The notes beneath the pieces were generated by a model. The model saw nothing but the letters and a program-made list of their open reading frames with translations. It searched no databases and was not told the origin of the DNA. Positions 56,467 to 64,000 of a stretch of DNA of 64,000 bases are shown here, piece by piece. Numbering within the stretch: position 1 is the stretch's first letter; each line of letters starts with the position of its first letter. Origin of the DNA: an uncultured Gammaproteobacteria bacterium. GTDB lineage: Bacteria; Pseudomonadota; Gammaproteobacteria; UBA9214. The stretch covers positions 352,001-416,000 of the forward strand of contig CAVVHS010000009.1 in assembly GCA_963748215.1 (NCBI GenBank), given 5' to 3'. The position numbers and the translations under genes are program-made.

Positions 56467-56795
56467 GCGAATTTCAGCCCAGGCGGAAGGGTGGCAGCGT
56501 CTAGACCGTGGCATTGTGTGTTCCATCTGGCGGAAGCTGATGAATCCATGCAGGTATTTTTCGGGACCCGGTTATGCACCGTCCTGCATCGTGGAGCCTT
56601 GGTCGAAACAGTAAATTATTGAATAAAAAGGCTTATAAATTGCCTTTCTGTCCTGTTGATCCGATGGTCGCTGGCTCGAGCCGCGGCCGACGCCGTCGGT
56701 CGGGACATCGGCATCGCACAAGCGATGCTGACCCCGAAGGAGCTAAGGTGCGGCCCGGGTAATCCAGCACGACCCACCATTTAATCAATATGTTT
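56467..56795 (+). repeat. att-like repeat copy 5 (diverged)
   Basis: TCCGATGGTCGCTGGCTCG[insert]AATCCAGCACGACCCACCA ending at 56779; left flank like copy 2. Confidence 0.85.
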
Positions 56796-56923
56796 TGAAG
56801 TAGAGCTTCAGATCCTGTTTCTCATGCAGGTGCTATATATACAACCCGTGAAGTCATGAGCTATATGCAGCCGGCCGTTCACCGTCATGAAGCGGATGAG
56901 CCGATATGGCCGGTAGTCGCCAA

Positions 56924-57928
56924 TCAGGAACGATGAAGCACGATGCGATAATGTGCCTGCCCGCTCCTTAATCTGGTAATCGCCTCGTTGACGTCATCCA
57001 TGCTGAATTGCTCGATCACGGGCCTGATGTTGTGGAGTCTGGCGAATTCAAGCATCCTGGCAATGGTTGACGGGCTGCCGACCGGAGAGCCGGATACCGA
57101 TTTTTGCCCCATGATGAGTGAAAACACATTGATATCGAGTGGTTCCAGGGTGGCACCGACGAAGTGTAAACGGCCGCGGGCATTCAGCGTGCCGAGATAG
57201 AGACTCCAGTCCAGCTTGACGTTGACCGTGGAAATGATCAGGTCAAAGCGACCTGCTGCCGCCTCGAGTGTACCCTGATCCCGGGAGTCCAATGTCTGGT
57301 GAGCGCCCAGGCCCAGCGCTTCTTTCCTTTTTGCTTCGCTGGAGGTAAATGCCGTCACCTCGCAGCCCCATGCATTGAGAAACTGCAGCGCAAGGTGGCC
57401 GAGACCGCCGATGCCGATCACCGCCACCTTGTCGGTGGGTTTGATGTCGAACTGTACCAGCGGATTGAAAACAGTAATCCCGGCGCAGAACAGCGGACCG
57501 GCAGATTCCGGTTCAATACCATCCGGAATCGGAACGACACTGTTGGCATCCGCGCGCACCCTGTCGGCAAAACCGCCGTGATGACCGATGATGGTTGGTT
57601 GTGCGGTGGTGCACAGGTTCTGGTCGCCGCTCTGACAAAGCGCGCAATCGTTGCAGTAGCCGGCATGCCAGCCCAGCCCCACTCTCTGGCCGACCTGCAG
57701 ATGTTTAACCTGGTCGCCGACTCTGGCAATACTGCCTACCACTTCGTGCCCGGGCACGACGGGATACTCGGTCATTCCCCACTCGTTGTCGATGACACTC
57801 AGATCACTGTGGCAAATCCCGGTGTAGTGAACATCGATTTCGACTTCACGGGATTTCAAATCACCGGGATCGTACTCGAAGGGTTTGAGTTCTCCCCCGG
57901 GTTCAAATGCTGCAAAGGCTTTGATCAT
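56924..57928 (-). CDS. Zn-dependent NAD(P)H alcohol/aldehyde dehydrogenase (Ahr/YjgB-like)
   Basis: GICHSD, GHEVVG, CxxCxxC, GIGGLGH. Confidence 0.92.
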   Translation of the reverse strand: MIKAFAAFEPGGELKPFEYDPGDLKSREVEIDVHYTGICHSDLSVIDNEWGMTEYPVVPGHEVVGSIARVGDQVKHLQVGQRVGLGWHAGYCNDCALCQSGDQNLCTTAQPTIIGHHGGFADRVRADANSVVPIPDGIEPESAGPLFCAGITVFNPLVQFDIKPTDKVAVIGIGGLGHLALQFLNAWGCEVTAFTSSEAKRKEALGLGAHQTLDSRDQGTLEAAAGRFDLIISTVNVKLDWSLYLGTLNARGRLHFVGATLEPLDINVFSLIMGQKSVSGSPVGSPSTIARMLEFARLHNIRPVIEQFSMDDVNEAITRLRSGQAHYRIVLHRS

Positions 57929-58055
57929 GATGATTTTCCTCTTGTCGGGATCGATGTTTGAAAAAGATGCCGGTGACGTGATGCCAGTTCACTGGCGCAA
58001 GGATATCCGGGTGCATTTTCTGTCTATATATTGAGAGCAACGTGCCCGGGCACCG

Positions 58056-59411
58056 TTATTTGTAAAGAAACCGTTCAAGGATAGCCCGTACATCGATATT
58101 TGCACGCAGGCGTGCTGCCAGCAGGTACAGCCCGCCAAGCTTGCGGTGCAGAAACACGGCATCGGCGGGCGGCGTGTGCCAGTAGCCCTGATCGAGGCTC
58201 AGTGCCATTCCGGCGTCGCGTATGCGCACGGCCAGGTCACTGGTGCCAAAGTCAAAGCGGCCGCGCGTGCGGGCCGGCTCGGTGGCCAGAACGAACAGCT
58301 CCATGACCGCCGCGTGCTGGTGTGCATGGATATCCTCCCGGAAATAACCGATCGCCTCTGCGCTCTCGGTCATGGCCTTATGGTCCTCGCGCAACGCCGC
58401 CTCGAGCAGTCCCCGGTAGGCTGCGATGACTGCGCCGGAATAACGCCTGGTGGCGCCGAAGTCCAGTAAACCGATCTGACGGGTGTCGGCGTTGTACAAA
58501 TAATTCGCAAAGTTGGGGTCGGTTTGAATCATCCCGAACTCGAAGAGTTCCCGGAAAAACAAATCGAGCAGCAAACCGGTGACGCGATCGCGTGTCGCCC
58601 GGGCGGCACTGGCCAGGGACTCGATGGGCTCCCCTTCCAGGAAGTCCATGGCGAGAATGTTTTCCCGGGTGAGGTGCGCCTCGACGCCCGGCACCCGGAA
58701 CGCCGGTGTATCTTTCAGCCACTCCGAGAAGTGTCGCAAATGCCCGGATTCACGCCGGTAGTCGGCTTCCTCGTGCAGCTGTCGCTTGGCTTCCTGCAGC
58801 AGTGGTTTCAGATCCAGTTCGCCGGGTATGAGTCGCGAAATCCTGAGCAGCGTGGCGACATTGTCCACATCGCTGTCGATGCTTTGCCGGATTCCGGGAT
58901 ACTGGATCTTCAGCGCCAGGTGCCGATCGCTTTGCGATACTGCCGCGTGCACCTGGCCGATGGATGCCGCCGCCATCGGCGTAAACGAGAACCGTTTGAA
59001 CTGTTGCTCCCATCCCTTGCCGTACGCCTGCTGCATCACCGCGACCACCTCGCTCATGGGCATGGGCCTGGCATGGGCGCGCAAGCGGGCGAGCAATTCA
59101 GTCAGCTCGGCCGGCAACAGGTTTCCGGCGTCCATGGACAGCAGTTGTCCCACCTTCATGGCCGCACCGCGCAGCTCGGACAGCTTGTCGGCAACGCGAC
59201 GGACATTCGCGGGCGTCAGCACCAGGTCCGCCGGACGGGGGATATTGCCCTGTGCCGCCTGGCGCAGGCCCTCGGCCAGCATGCCGCCAGCGACTCTGCC
59301 GGCCAGCTCGCCCAGGTGTGCCAGGCGCCCGAGCCGGCTGCGGGGCACCGACGATGTCACCACCCTGGCATCATTCACAGTGCGATCGTGTTTTCCGGGC
59401 CCGGTTGCCAT
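58056..59411 (-). CDS. AarF/ABC1/UbiB (COQ8-like) kinase
   Basis: MKVGQ, AAASIGQVH, KIQYPG, QTDPNFAN, LLDFGA. Confidence 0.92.
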   Translation of the reverse strand: MATGPGKHDRTVNDARVVTSSVPRSRLGRLAHLGELAGRVAGGMLAEGLRQAAQGNIPRPADLVLTPANVRRVADKLSELRGAAMKVGQLLSMDAGNLLPAELTELLARLRAHARPMPMSEVVAVMQQAYGKGWEQQFKRFSFTPMAAASIGQVHAAVSQSDRHLALKIQYPGIRQSIDSDVDNVATLLRISRLIPGELDLKPLLQEAKRQLHEEADYRRESGHLRHFSEWLKDTPAFRVPGVEAHLTRENILAMDFLEGEPIESLASAARATRDRVTGLLLDLFFRELFEFGMIQTDPNFANYLYNADTRQIGLLDFGATRRYSGAVIAAYRGLLEAALREDHKAMTESAEAIGYFREDIHAHQHAAVMELFVLATEPARTRGRFDFGTSDLAVRIRDAGMALSLDQGYWHTPPADAVFLHRKLGGLYLLAARLRANIDVRAILERFLYK

Positions 59412-59495
59412 GTCATCTTCAGTCCGGCCGTGACGCCAGGCGCTTCGGCAGTGCCTGCCTTGTGTCATGCTTCAACCGCATTGTCTGAAAGGCAT

Positions 59496-60149
59496 TCAAT
59501 GTCGGGTGGCTGAGCCGGGTGACCTGAATACAGTGTCAAGAATAGCGATGAATGTATCCAGGCGTTCAGCGGGCTGGACGGTTTCCAGCAGCACCTGCTT
59601 GTCTGCTTCGCTGAGCGGCAATGCCATGCTCATGCTGTTGATCAGTTTCACGGTCGACAGGCGTTCGAGCATTGTCCAGTCGACGTCCAGGCCTTCGGTG
59701 CGGAAGTAACCTTGCAGCGTTTTAATCAGGAGACTGTGCGCATTTCTCAGGACATCGCTATCGTCCTTGTAGTCGTCGGCGAAGCGCGACCACCGCGGTA
59801 CGATCAGTCGATAGCCGCGGGTGGTCGGCAGTTCCTCGCCGAGATCGTAGCGGCACACTCCGACCAGCACCAATTCAATCCGGCCGTCGCTGGTTTCGCG
59901 ATATTGGGTAATTCGTCCGGCACACCCCGTGCGGCAGAGTTCGACATCGCCTTTTGCGTTCGGATCCGGCTGGATCATGCCGATCATGCGGTGCTTGCTG
60001 AGCGCATCGCTGACCATGTTCAGATAGCGCGGTTCGAAGATGTTCAGCGGCAGCTCACTGCCGGGCATCACAATCGCTCCGGGCAGCGGAAAGATCGGCA
60101 GGGTGTCGGGTAGTTGATCAAAGGGCACGATAAAGGGACTGTGGCTCAT
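59496..60149 (-). CDS. LON peptidase substrate-binding domain protein
   Basis: LPIFPL..LPLNIFEPRYLNMV. Confidence 0.9.
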   Translation of the reverse strand: MSHSPFIVPFDQLPDTLPIFPLPGAIVMPGSELPLNIFEPRYLNMVSDALSKHRMIGMIQPDPNAKGDVELCRTGCAGRITQYRETSDGRIELVLVGVCRYDLGEELPTTRGYRLIVPRWSRFADDYKDDSDVLRNAHSLLIKTLQGYFRTEGLDVDWTMLERLSTVKLINSMSMALPLSEADKQVLLETVQPAERLDTFIAILDTVFRSPGSATRH

Positions 60150-60349
60150 GGTCCTCCTCCTGGGTTGCTTATGACATAACCCGCCGCTGCACCGCTCCGA
60201 GGATCCTGCAGCAGCTCACCGGCACAACGGCCGCCGGCTACTGCGCTGGATCGCAATCGACGGGAGCCCGTTGCACCGGTATCCGGCAAGCCAGTCGATA
60301 CAGGCACGGTTGCGGTAACAGGTTCCAGGGGCCGGCTCGCCGGGCAGTG

Positions 60350-60580
60350 TCAGTTGATGGAGCCTGTGTTCGGATTGTCCGCCATGTCGTCGTAGATCTT
60401 TTTCAGTCCGGACATGGCCTCAGAACCGTGCGTCGGCGTATTCAGGTATTCACGCTTGTTTGCTTCCGATTCGAAGTAGATCTTCAGACTGTTATTACCT
60501 TCGCCTTCCACGACGAATGGCGCATTAGCCAGGTCGGTCACATCGTTCAGCGAAATCGGGTCCAGTGTGGTGGTAATCAT
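60350..60580 (-). CDS. Hypothetical 76-aa protein
   Basis: GAGGA RBS; MITTTLDPISLNDV...KIYFESEANKREYL. Confidence 0.7.
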   Translation of the reverse strand: MITTTLDPISLNDVTDLANAPFVVEGEGNNSLKIYFESEANKREYLNTPTHGSEAMSGLKKIYDDMADNPNTGSIN

Positions 60581-60632
60581 TGGCAGGTCCTCTCGATCGG
60601 GTTTCCGGTTCGGGCTCGTTCGAACCGCAGTA

Positions 60633-60705
60633 TAGTACAAATGTACAATAAATGTACAATTATAAGTAGAACAAAATGTTGACAGGTACAGATATTTGTA
60701 CAACT
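60633..60705. promoter_or_regulatory. Divergent promoter with TGTACA-type repeats (CarH/LitR-like operator)
   Basis: TGTACA at 60642, 60653 and 60697; TTGACA -35 candidate at 60679. Confidence 0.55.
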
Positions 60706-60742
60706 ATGCAGGTCGGACAGGCCTGACGGAGACAGCCCTATC

Positions 60743-61858
60743 ATGAAATCCAGGTACCACGGACAGCGCGAATTCGAGCACGGACGCATGCCGCGGCTGG
60801 GCGTCGTGCTGGTCAATCTGGGTACGCCGGAATCTCCTACACCGGCGGCCTTGCGGCGCTACCTGGGCGAATTTCTCTCCGATCCCCGCGTGGTCGAAAT
60901 CCCGCGACTGGTCTGGCTGGCAATCCTGCACGGCATCATCCTGCGGGTGCGCCCGAAAAAATCCGCTCGCGCCTATGCCACTGTCTGGACCGAGGCGGGT
61001 TCACCGCTGCGCGCCTTTTCCGAGGCGCTCGCGGAGAAGGTGCGTCAGGAGCTGGAACATCTGGTGCCGGGTCCGGTTTCCGTTGCACTTGCCATGCGCT
61101 ACGGTGAGCCTGCCGTCAACCGCGTGCTCCTCGACATGCAGGCGCAGGGCGTTGAACGGGTAGTGATCGTGCCCTTGTATCCTCAATATTCCGGCGCCAC
61201 GACCGGCTCGGTTGCCGATGCCGTATTCACGAGCCTGAGCCGCTGGCGCTGGGTGCCCGAGCTGCGCTTCATGGGCGCCTATCACGACGATCCGCGCTAT
61301 ATCCAGGCCATTGCCGATTCGGTCCGTACACACCGGGAAACCCACGGTCCGGGTGACAAGTTACTCATCTCCTTTCATGGCATGCCCGCAGCGACACTGA
61401 AAGCCGGGGATCCGTATTTTTGCCACTGCCATAAAACCGCACGCCTGATCGCAGATGAACTCGGTCTCGGGGAACAACAGTGGGAAATGGCCTTTCAATC
61501 ACGCTTCGGGCGTGCGGCCTGGCTGCAACCCTACGTGGTGGAACGACTCGAGGCCCTGCCTGCAGAAGGGGTCAGGCATCTCACGGTTGTGTGTCCGGGC
61601 TTTGCCGCTGACTGCCTGGAGACGCTGGAGGAAATTGCCATGCAGGGACGGGACAGTTTCCTGCAGGCCGGTGGTGAACGTTTTGACTATGTCCCGGCCC
61701 TGAATGCCGGGGCGGCGCATGTACAGCTGCAGGCAGCGCGGATCCTGCAGCATGCCTCGGGCTGGCCCGAAACCAGCGCCGGCTTTGACCCCGTGGCGCT
61801 GGAGACGGCCCTGTCGACCTCCCGAAAACTGGCGCTGGCCGCCGGTGCCAAAGGCTAG
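60743..61858 (+). CDS. hemH: Ferrochelatase
   Basis: LVNLGTP, YLGEFLSDPRVVE, PLYPQYS, FQSRFG, DCLETLEEI. Confidence 0.96.
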   Translation: MKSRYHGQREFEHGRMPRLGVVLVNLGTPESPTPAALRRYLGEFLSDPRVVEIPRLVWLAILHGIILRVRPKKSARAYATVWTEAGSPLRAFSEALAEKVRQELEHLVPGPVSVALAMRYGEPAVNRVLLDMQAQGVERVVIVPLYPQYSGATTGSVADAVFTSLSRWRWVPELRFMGAYHDDPRYIQAIADSVRTHRETHGPGDKLLISFHGMPAATLKAGDPYFCHCHKTARLIADELGLGEQQWEMAFQSRFGRAAWLQPYVVERLEALPAEGVRHLTVVCPGFAADCLETLEEIAMQGRDSFLQAGGERFDYVPALNAGAAHVQLQAARILQHASGWPETSAGFDPVALETALSTSRKLALAAGAKG

Positions 61859-62259
61859 TCGAGGTATCCATCGCCCAACGTCGCCGCGTTGCGGGATGTA
61901 TACCAAAACCCTGCCGGTCGTGTGGTGCGGCTTTAGTCCAGTCGCGCCCGGCTTAGGAATCGAAATCTGCACGAACTCGGGTCGCGCCGGCTGCCCGGCA
62001 GCGATGACGGCGCTGGTTATCCAGCAATCCCTGTGACCGTACCCTGAAGCCGTGCAGGGTCGGATTTAAGGGTACGGTCAACAGCAGCACACTTTATTCG
62101 AAATCATTGCTGTCCCGCATACATAGACTGAAAGTACAGTAAGTCCATGAATGAACGCATTGCACGGATCGGTTGAAAGTGACAGGACACGAAAGCTGAC
62201 GAATTAATCAGAGATTCCCTATACATCACTGCATGAACAGTGCGTCCCTTCTCGGCAAA

Positions 62260-62450
62260 TGCTCCATGCGTTACTCTCGACTCTGGCATGGCCCAGGCCA
62301 GCCTCTCGACCCGGGCCGTGCCCGTAATAATGGCTCACCTCCTCCCTGCAGTCGTCTCCCCAACCCTCTCGGCTTTGGCTCCTGCGTCGCACTACCGCCT
62401 CGGTAACTGCTCCATGCGTTACTCAACCTCCTACATCCATGTAGTCGTAC
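62260..62450. repeat. Intergenic repeat remnant
   Basis: Direct repeat gctccatgcgttactc near 62261 and 62409; shares an arm with the 37889 element. Confidence 0.55.
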
Positions 62451-62591
62451 GTGCATGCAAGCGTCCCGGAGGGAGAGGGAGTATGCGGGACAGCAGTATC
62501 ACCAACGCCTTTTTCTCGCAATCTCGTGATATCTTCTTTGTAGATGCCGGTTCCAGCTATCCTTCAATCACCCGGGTTCGAGCTGTAAGAC

Positions 62592-63491
62592 ATGAAACTA
62601 TTTTCGTTATTGATGCGATCTGTCCCGCTGCTGCTGCTGTTCGGCAGCCAGGCAGCAACGGCTGATTATCCCATTGAGGTGATCCAGCTCAAATCACGCC
62701 CGCTGGAGGAAATCCTGCCCGTGATCCGGCCCCTGATCGGTGCGGATGGAACTGCGACCGGCATGGGTAACAGCCTTGTCCTCAAGGCAGCGCCGGCGCA
62801 GGTTCGGGAAATCAGAAAACTGCTGCTTGAGATTGACCGGCCGCCCAGGCGCTTGCTGATAACAGTCAGTAAACAGGGTGACAGCGCGCGTGGTTCCTCC
62901 GGCTATTCAGCGGGTGCTGATATCAGGACCGGTGACGGACAAATCAGCATCAATTCGCCGGGGCGTGCTGTTGATGACACGCGTGTCCGTCTGCGTATTC
63001 ATGACTCGAGTGACCAGCGCACGCGTATGTCGGGGCAGCAGGTGCAGGCACTGGAAGGCAGGTCCGCCTTTATCGCCAGTGGTTCACGCATCCCGGTACA
63101 GGATGTCGAGCGTTACCATGTGAATGGACATCTGCACGAGCGACAGGTAACACGAATGCAGGATGCAAGCAGCGGCTTCTACGTGGTACCCCGCCTGAAC
63201 GGCGAGTACGTGACCCTTGAAATCAACCAGCGCGATGACCGTCCCGGCATGCGGCGTGGTGTCATCAGTACGCAGAGTACAGATACGGTGGTGCGCGGCA
63301 GGCTTGGCGAGTGGATCAGCCTGGGAGGAGTCAATACCACCAGCAACAGCCGCCAGGGTGGCCTGGGTCGCTCGCAGGCGTCACAGGAATCGGTCGTGCA
63401 GCAGATCGAGGTAATGGTGGAATGTCTGGATTGCGCAGGGGATGCGGAACGGCATCGCCAGTTGCAGCCGCCATTGCAGGGATCTGAATAG
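62592..63491 (+). CDS. Secretin N-terminal / NolW-like exported protein
   Basis: IEVIQLKSRPLEEILPVIRP, IDRPPRRLLITV, SGFYVVPRL, VRGRLGEWISLGG. Confidence 0.8.
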   Translation: MKLFSLLMRSVPLLLLFGSQAATADYPIEVIQLKSRPLEEILPVIRPLIGADGTATGMGNSLVLKAAPAQVREIRKLLLEIDRPPRRLLITVSKQGDSARGSSGYSAGADIRTGDGQISINSPGRAVDDTRVRLRIHDSSDQRTRMSGQQVQALEGRSAFIASGSRIPVQDVERYHVNGHLHERQVTRMQDASSGFYVVPRLNGEYVTLEINQRDDRPGMRRGVISTQSTDTVVRGRLGEWISLGGVNTTSNSRQGGLGRSQASQESVVQQIEVMVECLDCAGDAERHRQLQPPLQGSE

Positions 63492-63504
63492 CATAACAAT
63501 GATA

Positions 63505-63821
63505 GGACGTTTGGGGTCGGACCTTTGAGACGTTTGGGACGTTTGGGGTCGGACCTTGCAAACCCCATGAAAACACTCAATATCAGCTTGTGAAAGGGGT
63601 TGTTTCCAGGGCTTGGAGCATCCATTTTGGTGCCCAAATATTGCCTATAAGATGTTAGAGAACCGCGCCATGCGGCAGCATTTTTTAACGAGATGTATCC
63701 GTTAATCCGCATTTCCTTAAACGCTTCATTTTGACCCCGAAAAATATCCGATAAGGCAGTAGTACGACCGAAACTGACAGTTTGTTTAATATATATCAAT
63801 AGGTTGGGTAGGTCCGACCCC
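63505..63821. repeat. GGGGTCGGACC direct and inverted repeats
   Basis: ggacgtttggggtcggacctt at 63505 and 63537; inverted aggtccgacccc at 63810. Confidence 0.65.
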
Positions 63822-63864
63822 GACTTCCATTCCATCACGCCGCCTGACAGCGTATAAAGCGCCT

Positions 63865-64000
63865 ATGAAAGTACCGAAAAGATTGCAGCCACTGGTCGAC
63901 GACGGCCTGGTCGACGAGATTCTCACCCAGTTGATGAGTGGCAAGGAAGCGCAGGTCTATGTGGTTCGCTGTGGCGCGGCGATACGCTGTGCCAAGGTGT
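63865..64000 (+). CDS. RIO1-like (PA4780 family) serine kinase, 3'-partial
   Basis: MKVPKRLQPLVDDGLVDEILTQLMSGKEAQVYVVRCGAAIRCAKV. Confidence 0.85.
   Translation, partial: MKVPKRLQPLVDDGLVDEILTQLMSGKEAQVYVVRCGAAIRCAKV

Overview
64-kb window from a GC-rich, probably sulfur-oxidising gammaproteobacterium (inferred from aprMBA and gene content). Many single-base insertion frameshifts in otherwise intact genes suggest long-read assembly error. In order: an Mrp/Mnh-type cation/H+ antiporter operon with usp and psiE genes inserted; an FKBP PPIase; an IS481-like IS; aprM-aprB-aprA with accessory genes; two flavoproteins; a decayed HlyD/M50/giant repeat adhesin/GGDEF-EAL/PilZ/TolC locus; a Sel1-vWA-ABC module; a large FAD/Fe-S oxidoreductase; SDR; Cu P-type ATPase; RND pump; alcohol dehydrogenase; ABC1 kinase; LON-N protein; hemH; a secretin-N protein; and a partial RIO1-like kinase. 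The most striking non-coding feature is a repeat present five times in the same orientation (about 8.5, 10.2, 23.4, 48.5 and 56.5 kb). Each copy is the 3' half of a tRNA (Lys; one Met/Lys chimera) whose T-loop is split by a ~82-nt multi-hairpin insert, flanked by IHF-like sites and GCGGGA direct repeats resembling integrase arm sites. No tyrosine integrase or intact tRNA was seen in the window.
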